DNA of 64,000 nt. It comes from Amphiscolops sp. MND2022 (taxonomy: Eukaryota). A program made the translations under genes and the position numbers. Where the stretch lies: contig OZ076409.1 in NCBI GenBank assembly GCA_964187785.1, positions 12,774,001 through 12,838,000 of the forward strand, read 5' to 3'. Position 1 is the stretch's first letter; each line of letters opens with the position of its first letter. Positions 1-11,888 of this stretch are shown here, piece after piece. A model generated the notes under the pieces. It was not told the DNA's origin, ran no database searches, and saw only the letters and a list, made by a program, of their open reading frames with translations.

Positions 1-1507
1 AGGTGCTCTGCTCAGGATTGTAAAAGTGGACCGATCAGTGTGAGGATTGTAGTCTGAAGAAAAAAAAAGGTCACTGCTATAGTCGGGCATTTTTCCTTAA
101 ATGTTTCATGGTGTTTTTGGATAATAACCGCATGATTTCAGAAGTATGAGTATCCATGGAGTTCAATGATAAAAGTTCGGCCACTAAACATACCTTATTG
201 GAGGAAAAATCCTTTCAATGTTTTTCAACGCAAGGCGAGAAATGAATTGAAAGGTGTAGCAATTTTCACGCTCGAGACTAAGAAAAGTACACAGCTAATT
301 TAGTTCGGGCGAAAATATCCCGCTGTTTAGCGGGCGTTTTGACCTTTATAAAGGTTTTCCAAATAACCACGAAACCGTAAAGTTTTCGATTACTTTTTGT
401 CGACATAGATATCCACAAACATTAACGACCAAATTGATTGTTTAAAATGTTTTCCTGAATGTTTTCCAGATTCAAAAGCACCTCAAATTACCTAGGATAT
501 CTTTTTTTCTGCTAAATTTTTTTTTGCTGCTGAACGATTCTGCTGGGGAAAAACATCGCGGTTCTCAGCGGGCATAATAATGAACAGCCACAGCAATGGA
601 ACAACAATCTCGGTTGTATTGAACAACAACTCCGGCATTAGAGACACTTTTTCTTCACAGATTTTTCCTAACGAGATAAAAAGGTGGATTTATTTAGTCA
701 CGGAACTTGATGACTGGGACTAAGCGCGACTTTGAAGTCACCCAAGGAGTCAACTTTGATTTGGCTGGACTCATATGGACTGCATCTGACTATCGATTGA
801 CAAAGAAGTCACCTCATAGTCAGTGAATACAGCCCCGCGATTTATCTCCTGCTAGATCAAGTAAACTGAATTCGTTCAGTGAACTGTTCAACCTTGAGAT
901 GAATGAATTATACTAAGTGCTTTGAAAATTGAAAATAGATAAGGCTTCCCCTAAAGGAAATCCTAGACTACTGCCGGTTGCGCGTACTTCTTATAGTTCC
1001 ATCTCACAGTTTACAACGAAGCGGGTGGTTGGTTAATTAAAAATATGAAGTCACTGAGAATTTTTCACTACTCGAAAGCCGCCTTCTAAGAATGTGAATG
1101 GGACAGAATTTGGCACGTTCGAAAATAATTGAAAAATGCTCAAATCAGCAGCATGCCACTTCAAGATTCGAAATATCGAACTGAAGAGTCCATAGTCGAA
1201 TTTATGAAGTCTTCTGAAAATCTCAATGATGGTTCCAGTTTAAAGACCCTTCAAAGGCATTCCAAAATATTCGAGGTAAAGTAGCACAGAAATGGGATAC
1301 TTTGATGCCATTTAGCCATAGAGTTGACAAAAATGTATACAATGAAAACTATTGAAACATCTCCGAAGATTGTAAAATTTCCGAAGGCTTGAAAACACAA
1401 AGTCATTTTGAGCTATTCATCTTATTATTATTATTATTAATGGTTTCTTTAAGCACCAGATATTGAGTATACAAGGCAGACCTATCAGAGAGTAGCTGGC
1501 GTTAAAG

Positions 1508-1549
1508 GGGATCCAGCACAGCAATTTCATGCCAATATAGCTGGATCCC
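1508..1549 (-). other. Stem-loop in the LINE 3' UTR
   Basis: GGGATCCAGC (1508-1517) pairs perfectly with GCTGGATCCC (1540-1549), ~70 nt from the tail. 3' stem-loops are RT recognition signals in L2/CR1 elements. Confidence 0.6.
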
Positions 1550-1934
1550 GTATCCATTTTCGGAGGAAAAATTTCATGGAAAGATGGCTTCATGAAATAT
1601 ATATATATATATCAAAATTGGTAATTTTTAATTATTTTTAACGTAAGTTCCTCTAAGTAAGCGGTGAAAAGGCTCACCTGTTTCTGTTCGTCAGCTGGGG
1701 TATGCTGCTTTCCACGTGAAAAATGAATAGTCTAACTGATAGGGTCTCGCACTACAAGTGTGGGGAGTCCTGATCAGTTAGATGTAGGTGAGGTTTTCAA
1801 CTATCTCCCCCTCCTTTGTGAACGACCCGCACCTCTTTTGAGGCCAGGAATTCTTAGAAGTTCACAAGGAAGAGATAGGATGCGTCGGAGAAGGGTAATT
1901 GTAAAATCCATGATGAACAAACAATTAGCTGAAA

Positions 1935-4769
1935 CTATTCTAGAACAGATCTCAGTGAACAATCTGGGACTAGCTTGATGTAGTCCTTGAATTTATGAAT
2001 TTCCTTGTCGAGTTGATGTTCACTCATGCTCCATAGACTCTGATCAAGAAGACCTTGATCAATCAAAAAATTCAACAACTTAGTGCCTCGTGATCGTAGT
2101 GAAAACTTATCCCAGTTGTTTTTTCCTACAGGTACAACATATTTACAAGCAGTATGCCTACGCGTTTCTCGAATGTTATTCCTTGTATACAAATTGTTGA
2201 GTAAATGCGATGGCAGTTCGCATCTTACACTTCTCAGACAAAACTTGATTAGATCATAGAAGTATAGCTGCGTAATAGTGAGCATGTTATTATCGATGAA
2301 ATCTTGTTCTACATTTGCAGTTGGTTTCTTGAAAAGACACAGTCTAATAAATTTACGTTGGAAGACAGACAATTGATCCAGGTTCGAGAATGAATTACCA
2401 CCATAGACTAGTAATCCATACTGAAGCACCGGTTTGACATAGAAGTTATAATATTTGAACAGCACATTCTTGGAAACAAAATGCCTCAACCTGGAAACGA
2501 TTCCTAAATGTTTGCCTAATTTTTTGATCAGATACTGAGCATGTTCACCGAATTTTAAGTTTCTATCTACCCAGATCCCAAGATATTTCACTGAGTCACT
2601 GACTTGTATCGATTCAGTCCCTATAGCAAATTCATGGTGTCTGTTCTTTTTCTTGAAAGGCATGCAATGGGTTTTATCCAAATTCAATGCGAGTTTATTC
2701 GCCTTCAACCATCCATCAATGAGTTGCAATTCATTTATAATTTCAGATTCATTAGTCAATGGCTTTTCTAAGGGAATGAGAAGGTTAGTGTCATCGGCGA
2801 AAAAAGTCGGTTGAACAATATTACAAACTGACTCCAAGTCATTGATATAAATTATGAACAAGAGGGGACCCAAAATTGACCCCTGTGGAACACCATATTT
2901 GACGGACTGAAGTCCAGAAATACACTCATTAACAGATACACATTGTGTTCTCCCTTCTAGGAAAGATTCCAGCCACGTCAAAGCTTTACCTCTTATTCCA
3001 ATGTTACAAACCTTGCGCAGTAGTCTTGAATGTTCGATAGTATCGAAAGCTTTTTTCAAATCAAGATAGATACATGTGTATTGAGTTTTAAAGTGATTGT
3101 TCCGTATTCGTTCTATAATATGGGCGACTGCATCAACAGCTGACCTTTTTGTTCTGAATCCGAATTGCGACTGACATAGTAGCTTATTGTTTTCGAGGAA
3201 TTCTGAGATTCTAGAAAACATCGCTCTCTCAAAGACTTTCGAGATTACAGACAGCAATGAAATTGGCCGGTAGTTATTCATATCAGTTTTGTCTTCTCCT
3301 TTGTGAACTGGTATTACTTTTGCCGATTTTAAACAATTAGGGAAGCATCCTTCAGAAAATGATAGATTGATTAAATTTGTCAAAAGAGGAGCTAAATCGC
3401 GAGAGCAGAATTTGATAATTTCACCCGGGATCCCATCGAGTCCAACCGACTTGTATGATTTTAAATCCTGGATGATTTTCTCGATCTCAATAACAGTTAC
3501 AGGCTTCAAAAACATAGAGAAGTTGCTTTCAGGTTCTGAAAATTGAAAGGAATCCGTTTGAATCTGCGAATTTATCAATTCACCGACATTGGCGAAGTGA
3601 TCGTTGAATTTTTCGGCAATATCGTCTGGTTTAGTATACTCTTGATCTTTTATGACAAGCTTCTTGACCGAATAGTGCTGGGATCTACCTGTCACCTTAT
3701 TCAAATTCCTGAAAAAAGCACGTTTATCTTTTAGACAATTTTCAAACAACTTATTGTAATAAAGGTTTTTTTCACGTTTGATGGCTTTGTGGACCTTTGT
3801 CCTGTACAGTCTGAAGCGGTTGTGCGTTTCGGTGGATCTATCTTTGGTGAATTCGGTATAAAACTTCTTTCGCTTAGTTATTAAGTTTCGCAGATAGTTA
3901 TTGAACCATGGGGGTGAAGATTTTTTCTTAACTGGTTGAGTACTAGTGGCAAATTCATCAATCACTTCATTCAGACCAGTTATCAGCTGTGAGCACAGTT
4001 TGGAAACATCTGTCAGGTCAATCCCCCAAAACACAGAAAATACTGTTCGTATTCTATGCGAAAAGGCTCTCATTTTGTGCTCAGAATGAATGAATCTCAT
4101 ATCCCGCCTAGGCCTATCGTTTCTTTCGTTGGATGATAATGGCAATTCCATGTACGTAGCACAATGATCTGTTATGGCACATTTAATAACACCACATCGG
4201 ATGAAATCTTCATCACATTTCTTGACCAAAATGTGATCAATAAGTGTTTGAGACTTATCAGTTATACGTGTAGGTTCAGTTATCAATTGCCGGAAACCAT
4301 TTTCATTAACAATTGAAAGATATTGCTTATGTTCTGGAGAATCTTTCAGAAGATCAATATTCATATCTCCAACTACGCAAATGATTTCGGTGTACTCGAT
4401 AAATGAGGTTAACAAAGCATTTATATCATTCATGAAGGTTTTGACTCCTATTGCTGGAGCATTGTATATGCACGATAGAATAAACTTGCTCGAAGCATTA
4501 CTGAGTTGTAAGGTGATATTTTCGGTCGTTGTCTTCCGAGGTATCCTTTTGGCTACAAAATTGTCATGGACATACACTATTACTCCGCTACTTTTATTGA
4601 CACTTGATAGATGCAAAGGTTCCTGGTAGTTTTCGAGTAACAGAGAAGCTGGAGAATCATTGGGTTTCTCCCACGTTTCGGTCAAACAAATCGCGACAGG
4701 CAATCGTTTGAACGTTCCCACTAAAATTTGAATTTCATCAAAATGATAATAGACCGATCTGACATTCAT
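1935..4769 (-). CDS. LINE ORF2: AP endonuclease + reverse transcriptase (944 aa from the first Met; frame is open a further 30 codons upstream)
   Basis: EN motifs NVRS, LTETW, VGDMN, LIDH, TDH. RT motifs NYRPISLL, QFGFR, LDLKKAFD, GVPQGSILGPLLF, FADDT, KYLG. No stops. Confidence 0.96.
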   Translation of the reverse strand: MNVRSVYYHFDEIQILVGTFKRLPVAICLTETWEKPNDSPASLLLENYQEPLHLSSVNKSSGVIVYVHDNFVAKRIPRKTTTENITLQLSNASSKFILSCIYNAPAIGVKTFMNDINALLTSFIEYTEIICVVGDMNIDLLKDSPEHKQYLSIVNENGFRQLITEPTRITDKSQTLIDHILVKKCDEDFIRCGVIKCAITDHCATYMELPLSSNERNDRPRRDMRFIHSEHKMRAFSHRIRTVFSVFWGIDLTDVSKLCSQLITGLNEVIDEFATSTQPVKKKSSPPWFNNYLRNLITKRKKFYTEFTKDRSTETHNRFRLYRTKVHKAIKREKNLYYNKLFENCLKDKRAFFRNLNKVTGRSQHYSVKKLVIKDQEYTKPDDIAEKFNDHFANVGELINSQIQTDSFQFSEPESNFSMFLKPVTVIEIEKIIQDLKSYKSVGLDGIPGEIIKFCSRDLAPLLTNLINLSFSEGCFPNCLKSAKVIPVHKGEDKTDMNNYRPISLLSVISKVFERAMFSRISEFLENNKLLCQSQFGFRTKRSAVDAVAHIIERIRNNHFKTQYTCIYLDLKKAFDTIEHSRLLRKVCNIGIRGKALTWLESFLEGRTQCVSVNECISGLQSVKYGVPQGSILGPLLFIIYINDLESVCNIVQPTFFADDTNLLIPLEKPLTNESEIINELQLIDGWLKANKLALNLDKTHCMPFKKKNRHHEFAIGTESIQVSDSVKYLGIWVDRNLKFGEHAQYLIKKLGKHLGIVSRLRHFVSKNVLFKYYNFYVKPVLQYGLLVYGGNSFSNLDQLSVFQRKFIRLCLFKKPTANVEQDFIDNNMLTITQLYFYDLIKFCLRSVRCELPSHLLNNLYTRNNIRETRRHTACKYVVPVGKNNWDKFSLRSRGTKLLNFLIDQGLLDQSLWSMSEHQLDKEIHKFKDYIKLVPDCSLRSVLE

Positions 4770-4859
4770 GTGGAAGATCCAGTCACTTGTGCATTTTGAA
4801 TCTGGGGGAGGTTTAGTTTTAACAGTATTTGAAACATATCTGGAACGCCTCCGTCGCTG

Positions 4860-5747
4860 CTACTCTCTGTTAAAAGTGAAACATTCCTCAACATCATCAA
4901 TACTATACTCCAAAAACAAACCACCGTCATATAAATTGTTAATAGTATAGGTTTTATTGTCTTCTTTCCATATGAAAAAAATGGTGCCGTCTCTTGTCCA
5001 AGCTTTGTTTATCCTTGAATCTGCTTTCATAAGGTTGAAGAACCGGATTCGCGCCATTGTTAAGTCTTCGTAGACACGGACATTAGGAAGGTTGCGCTCT
5101 GGTAGCTTCTTCTTGTTCTTCAGCATACTTATTCGTGCAACGCGGCGGGCGAAGCGAACTATGATTGGCTTCGGGCCGGGTTTGAGCGAGGGTAGGCGAT
5201 GTGCTATCGATATGTCCCATTCAGTGACGTTTGCATCCATCTTCTTCGCGACTTCCAGCACTTTTGATGCAGTTGTATCGTTCTCTTCATGGCCAACTTT
5301 TCCCTCGACACCAATTATTCTAAGGTTCTCACGTCTGTTGTAGGATTCAAGCATTTCAGCCTCACATTTAACTTGTAGGGTGTTTTGTCTTTCTTGATGC
5401 TTGAGCTCTTCTCTAATTTCATCTTTGAATGGAGTGATGTGTTCTGTTATCAATGTTTTGATGGATTGATCGATAGTTGATTGCACTTGAGCTATGAAGC
5501 TGGGCAGGTGGGTTGCCAGGGACGTTTTTATCATTGATTCAATTTTCCCCATCAAGACTTCGTCGTTCTCGGCTAATGGGCTCAGTTCAGAACACAGTCT
5601 TTTCCCAACACTTCTCATTATAGGAGTCTGATCATGGAATCTCAGATCAGGAAGTGGTAACCCATCGTCTAGGTTGCTCCGTTCCACATCATTGACTTTG
5701 GCTCTTTGCTCGTTAGTCGCATTGTCCATTGCATCAGTATTCATCAT
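4860..5747 (-). CDS. LINE ORF1 (coiled coil + RRM, L1-ORF1/Transposase_22-like)
   Basis: Motifs ESYNRRENLRIIG, IAHRL, PIIVRF, VYEDLT, AWTRDGTIF typical of CR1/L2-group ORF1 proteins. Confidence 0.88.
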   Translation of the reverse strand: MMNTDAMDNATNEQRAKVNDVERSNLDDGLPLPDLRFHDQTPIMRSVGKRLCSELSPLAENDEVLMGKIESMIKTSLATHLPSFIAQVQSTIDQSIKTLITEHITPFKDEIREELKHQERQNTLQVKCEAEMLESYNRRENLRIIGVEGKVGHEENDTTASKVLEVAKKMDANVTEWDISIAHRLPSLKPGPKPIIVRFARRVARISMLKNKKKLPERNLPNVRVYEDLTMARIRFFNLMKADSRINKAWTRDGTIFFIWKEDNKTYTINNLYDGGLFLEYSIDDVEECFTFNRE

Positions 5748-8700
5748 CTCTGAAACTATTTAATAAGTTTATCACAACAATTAGGCTGTTTAGGTTGTCT
5801 GGTTCGTGTCTGGACCTCTTAGGTGTATGTATTGTAGAACTTTTTTGGTCACTTTGACCGGATTTGTAAGAAAAAAAGACGAAAGGACAAACATATATAC
5901 ATTTTTTTTCACTTCGAAAAGCACCGAATTGGAACATAAAAATGCAGAGTTTAAAGCAAAGTAAAAATTTAACTACTCTGGCTTCTTTCACTATAAACTT
6001 TTTCACGCACTGATCACAAACTTGTGTGTGATTTTGCTCCATACAAAAATTCTGTTCAGTTTATCACAGCGACATTTGGGTTTCAGGATATTCCGATAGT
6101 CGGCAATACAAACAAACTACTCAAACAAAAATTGCTGAGGATTTTTAACAAATAAAACACCGAAAAATTTTTTTTGTAATCCCCCTTTTTCGTTCAAGGG
6201 GTACCATGCACATAATTTTAAATGTCAGCCAGCTCAAAAACAAAAAGCCGAGCTCAACTACTACTATTTCGAAGAGAGTAAAGGTTAAATTCTTGTCCTG
6301 TGTCTTTCAGCTCTATCATTCAAGGGAAAAATAATTGACAAAAAAAACATACCATTAGCTGGGAATTTATCACTCGGTCAGAAATGTTGACATTCGGAAG
6401 GGTATCTCTTGTCGGAAGCAAAAACGCCAAAAGTTGAATGTTCGCTAGTTCCGCACAATTGTCGTTCTGTTATGCACTTCCTTCTAAATCAAATTTGAAT
6501 ACATGCGGTGGTGACTCAAAATTTAAAAGCTGCGTAAATAACAATTACTAACAGTCAGGGCACCAAATACTTTCAAGAGGTCTCTCAAATAATGGTGCTT
6601 TTTGTAGATTAAAAGTGATAAGCAAATGAAAATATGAGAGATAGATATCCTTTATTGACGTTTTTTGCAGTTCAATCTCCACAGTTGTCTTTTTCAGGTA
6701 AAGAGACGAAAGGAAATGAATTTACGTGGCTGCAAGCTGGAAGACGTTATTTATTGGTTGAAAATACAGGCGCCAATTGAACTGTAGCACGCAGAACGAA
6801 TGTCTTGCCTTACGTATCAAAGGCTTACTAAAACTTGATTTAAATGTAATAAAAACACGTTAGCACGACAAAGCTGATGAGATGTCTGGGGACATGGTAC
6901 ATGTGATGTCGGAAAAACAGAAAAATCACGCCTTCGCCGCAGCGAAAACTGCACAAAACGCTTTGTTGAAGCAGCTGATTAACATCATTGCTGCTAATGG
7001 CAACATTACCAATTTTCAGTTTTCTCCATTTAACGATTTCATGGTCCAAAGAACAGCCTTGCGGCATTCAATCGAGAAAAAACTCATTTCATCTATTCTG
7101 GAAAAATTCTAAAAATGTTACTCCTCCAATTGAACGTAACTTTGAAAGATTCATAATTACATTTTTGATGTTAACAAAGTCTAAAAGTCTTTTCGCTCCC
7201 CGACTAACAATACTGAGTATAAACATGTATCAACGATCAAGTAAATTAGTGAAAACTGGTTCCTACTTATCGATGCTGAAAAACGACGTCTGAATACAGT
7301 ATTTATAAGACTATACTCATTTCACGAGACTAAAAACTCGATGTTTATCTCAGATGTTATTTTACGCACCGAACCAGTTGCTGGATCGCTATCGAAAAAG
7401 AAATTTCATCTCCTCTTTGTATGAAATGAAAGGACCGTGCGCATCGAAACCAAAAAGGTAATGGCCTACGTATGTATGCCCAGGTTACAGAGGGGGATTG
7501 TCACAAAGGTGTGGAAGGTAACGGTGTCAGTAACGGTCCCGTGAAAATTTGAATCGAAAAAGAAATGGGTTTTTGTTGAGAAAAAAGCTTTGTCGAGTTC
7601 CTCAAATCAGTATGTAAACAAAGCATTCATGCAGTAGCTTTCTGAAATTCAGACACCAAAAGCAAAGAGGGTCGACTTATTTTTTGACTTGTGCTCACTT
7701 TTTTTCTTGCAGATCATCGGAAAAACTTTCAGGAGAAAGTGAAATGGAAAAAATTATATTCATATTGAAAATTCGCTATAGCTAGCTACCGCTTCTGATA
7801 ATTAGCAGTTAGCTGAATTACTTTTAGTGGTGGTCAAACTACTACATTGAACATTGCAAGTAGCTAGATCATCTACGAAATTTAACACAGAAAATGAAAC
7901 AAGATATCAACATTTGCTCGCAGAAAACGCTGAGTTTTGGTGGCATTTTACACATGTGTTTCGGACTTCTAAATTTCAATCTAAATAATGTTCGGCAAAA
8001 GATTTTCGCTTAAACGACACAACTTAAAGCTCAAAAATATACGATTCGCGAAAACAGGAATACCGCCATGTATTGATAGATAAGTTGACTTACGCTGAGC
8101 TAATTCTAGTCTGACCTGATCCATAAAATCGACGGTACACTGACATGATTGAATTAATACAATTGCTACAAGTTTGCAGCAGCTTTCGACATTAATTGTG
8201 TCATACATCCTTTTGTAATAGACGCTCCAGCAAGTCAGAATTTTTTCACATAAATTACATACTAATGAATTCGGAATCAGTATAAAAATACAATAAAAGG
8301 CGGCGCAATTATTTGAATCAAAGAGAAAGACTATATGTTAGCCATGTATGCGGGAGACATCTGCTTACGATCCCGTCTAGAAAGGGTATTTCCAAAAAAA
8401 TATTCATTCGGTTTGAGTGTTACCAAGGAATTCCCCCTTCCTCGAGGGGTTAGAGAAGAACTTATTCTGAAAGTTTCCTGCTTATTATGCTTACTGTTTC
8501 ATAATGTGATTTTTACTTTATGTGAACTTTTCCCAAAAATACTGGAGATGAATCAAAGCACAGTTTGATACTCTCGAGTATTTTCGATGAAGAATAAAAT
8601 AAACAGTTCTGGTTTGCAAATACAATATCTACTAGCACATTCGAAAACATTCAATTCCCAATTAACAAGCGCTCAGATTGAACTTGAGACTTCTGCCAGT

Positions 8701-9006
8701 CAATTTCATGAAAGTTTCAGCAGATAATAATGAACATGTTGAGGACTGAAAAACTCACATCCATTTGGAACAACCCAACAAGTTGCAAGTCTTCGCAGAT
8801 CAATGGGGACATCTCCACACTTGAACATTGGAGATGACATGAGAAACTGAATTTTTTCAATCAGCTTTTCCATAAACTTCTGAAACGAAAGAAGTGCAAA
8901 TAACTCATGAAGCAAAAGTAATGTTGAATGCTGACAACCTTGGAAAACGATTTTTCTTCAAAATCAAAGCACGTATGAAAGCAATTACAATACAGTGATC
9001 AAGAAA

Positions 9007-10563
9007 CTAATTAAAAATCCAGAAATCTTTGCCTTCTTCGAATTGGAATTGATCCAAAATTTCTTCAAAACCAATGAGATCAAGTTTAAGACATATCACA
9101 AAAGGTTTAGTCAGTTGAGAAACGTGCTTCACAGGAACCCATCTGGATTTTTCATCGGGCAGATATGGAAGGTTCACGAATCCGTGGGATATTTTGGCAT
9201 TATCCACGTCAAAGAACGACACCACTTTATGTCTAAAGAGCATGGGCAAACTCCTGAAGAACTTCTTCCCAATTTTACCAGCTCCCCAGATTGAAAAATT
9301 GTCGAGCTGCTCAAACAAAAAATGCTTCAATATTCATCACATCGGAGCGATTTACAGTTCTGAAAAGTTCCAACACAGCTAGAAAGCACTCTATTTAGTG
9401 AAAATAGCATCACCACTTTGTGAAGAAAAAGCAGACATTCACAGCTTTTACTAGCCCGGAAGGTCACACATTCGAGTTTTTTCGACAGTAAGAGAATTTG
9501 GTTTAAAAAAAGCTCTTCGGCCTTTCCGAAAACGCCGGCTTTCGTAATAGAAACTGGATACATGTGAGCAGTTCAGTAATGTTTCGAGATAGTAACTTTA
9601 TTGAACAAAACTAACGACCAACATATACCAACATGTTTGAAAATCTCCAATAGAAAACGTTTCTTTGCAGATTTTGTTTTCATGCCGATCAAATTTTGGA
9701 CCAAGTTACTTTAGAACAAACATTGTCGAAAGTAAGATCAATCGCCATAAACGTCGAACTTACCTTGTTTAAAACGGCACTCAGAAATTCTTCCAATCTA
9801 TGATGCCAAATAGTGTCGGCTTTGATTGAAAACGTAGTATTAGAAACATGATACCGATACAATAGTAAGTCCTGATCTACACGAAGCACAGAACCTCCGC
9901 CTGCCAAATGTGCATAGAAAAAGAGAAGATCTTCCGGCGTTCCTTGACCATCTTCAGAAAACTTGATGATTTTCGATTTATGCAGAAACCAGGTAGGCAT
10001 TGCAACCGTGGGTCCATGAGATGTGTAAATCTGAACTGTCAATTTCTCATTCGGTAGATTGTTGCACCATTCAGTGAACCGCTCCGTAGATTTTTGGTTT
10101 CTGTGGAACTACAACCCCAGAAAAGAATATATGAAAACCTATTCTTAATAGGTTTAACAATAATAGAATAGAGCATAACCTGACATCCTATCAAAGCATC
10201 GGTATGGTTTTGGCACAAATTCAATTGTTTTTCAATACGCTGAGGATGCATGACATCATCGCAATCCAAGAAACAGTAAAAATCGGCAGCAATCATTTCA
10301 ATAGCGCGATTACGGGCAAACCCGACACCTTTCGAAGGACTACTTCTCTGACCTATGCTCACATTGATACCCAATTCAGACAATTTCTCCTTCCAAAGGG
10401 CCAAAATATCCGGAGAATTGTCGTCTGAAGCATCATCGAAAACAGCGACAGACAGCGTCACATCAGAAACTCCCCTCACTGACTGGTTTAATATTGACTG
10501 GAAGCAATCATCTAACCAAGGGGCTCCATTTTTGACGGGAACAATAACACATATATGAACCAT
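9007..10563 (-). CDS. B3GNTL1: GT2-family glycosyltransferase B3GNTL1 (queuosine-tRNA galactosyltransferase, QTGAL); exons 10563-10180, 10108-9764, 9306-9007; 342 aa
   Basis: Motifs VFDDASDD, GVGFARN, FLDCDD, STERF, TSHGPTVAMPTWF, PEDLLFFY, IWGAGKIGKK, FVICLKLDL, EGKDF match the B3GNTL1 family. Two phase-0 GT-AG introns (10179-10109, 9763-9307) join the three ORFs in frame. Confidence 0.92.
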
Positions 10564-10843
10564 GAGCTTCTTCGAGGATCCACAAACTGCATTAGTTTCT
10601 ACAAAAAAACCAGTTCATTTTTATTCAGCTATTTGCCAACGGCAATTCTAGAAGGCATATTCTACCAGTTTTAGACGGTATGAAGTAGTTACTGAAATAG
10701 CGAGCGCAGCCAAAACTCCGCCATCTATCAACAGCGATTTGAAGAGTTACAAGCAGCATGAAGAAGATTCGATGAAGTTGAACCTGCTAAAGCGAGCTCC
10801 TGATTTGAAAGAGCTCATGATTTTTGAAAAAAAAATACCCAAA

Positions 10844-11000
10844 AGTTGAAGGTGAAATGCCGATCCTCGCCAGCGGGGTCGGAAAAGACAACAAAAATAA
10901 CCCTTTTCAGGGGTAAAACACAAATCATCAAAAATTAGCCTTTATCCACAACCAAAAAATTTACTAACATTTTTTTCGTCTAGTAAAACAGTTAAAAATA
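10844..11000 (+). repeat. Polinton left TIR
   Basis: CAACAAAAATAACCCTTTT, GGGTAAAACAC and AAAATTAGCCTTTATCCACA recur in inverted orientation at 38078-38140. Confidence 0.85.
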
Positions 11001-11240
11001 GGCGTATGTATGTCATGAATCATGTATATGTCTGTCTAAAAATAAACATTACTTTTCTGACTAATTTTTTGAGCAGTAAGAAAAAATAACTGAATAATGA
11101 AGTATTTATCATTCAAAGACTTTGTTGCAAAATGCGGACTAAAAAATGAAACAACTTCTAATGCAAAAGTACAAGAAATACTGAATAAGATATTCCAGCT
11201 GGGGAGTACATATTATGATAAAAATACCACTACGGCAGGA

Positions 11241-11797
11241 GGTTACCAGTCACTTGGCTTAATACCATTTGGCTTAATTTTTTCGTCGAGTCATTTGGCT
11301 TAAAAATTTTAAGCCAAGTTACCAAAAAATTAAGCCAACTCCATTCCAACTCGAGGAATAAATATGTCAACTCCCGAAAATATCATAAAGTGGGACATAT
11401 GCGGTATATGCACGCTCGCCCTCACCGTCGCAAAGACCAGCTCCCACTACGATCGCTTCGCGATCTTCGTTCCCGCTAGATCTTTGCTCCTGTTCGACCT
11501 CGCTTAGCAAGATGGGAATATAGGCGGCCCCAAGGGGCCACAGGGCACTAGAGGAAATGGGGATATATCCGAGGGGTACTTGATATGACATAATATAATA
11601 ATACGCTGACTACGTTATAAAGATAAATTCGACAAAATCTGTCACGTGTTTTCAACTAAGTGGTTTCAGGTCAAATGACTTTAAGCCAAGTGACCAATAC
11701 CCGAGACACTTAGCTCAAAAAAATTAAGCCAAAGAACCAATTGTATTAAGCCAAATGACTTTAAGCCAAATGGCATTAAGCCAAGTGACTATTTACC
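11241..11797. mobile_element. TIR MITE family A (GGTTACCAGTCACTTGGCTTAA termini)
   Basis: TIRs with repeated TTAAGCCAA subterminal motif; 8-bp TSD CGGCAGGA (11233-11240 and 11798-11805). Confidence 0.9.
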
Positions 11798-11888
11798 CGG
11801 CAGGAAAAGTTAACTTACATCCAACTAAAGGAAAACACAGGTGTGTTTATTACCGAGTAATATTTTGATTCTTATGGGTGTCCACCAC

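Larger units (their letters stand above)
1422..6100 (-). mobile_element. Full-length CR1/L2-group non-LTR retrotransposon (LINE), apparently intact
   Basis: ORF1 plus EN-RT ORF2 on the minus strand, ~500-nt 3' UTR ending in a (TAA)n tail (TTA repeat at 1422-1439 on +). The 5' boundary is approximate and no clear TSD was found. Confidence 0.9.

Noticed and set aside
3543..5343. Short + strand ORFs inside the LINE
   Set aside because: Antisense shadows of ORF1/ORF2 with no motifs.
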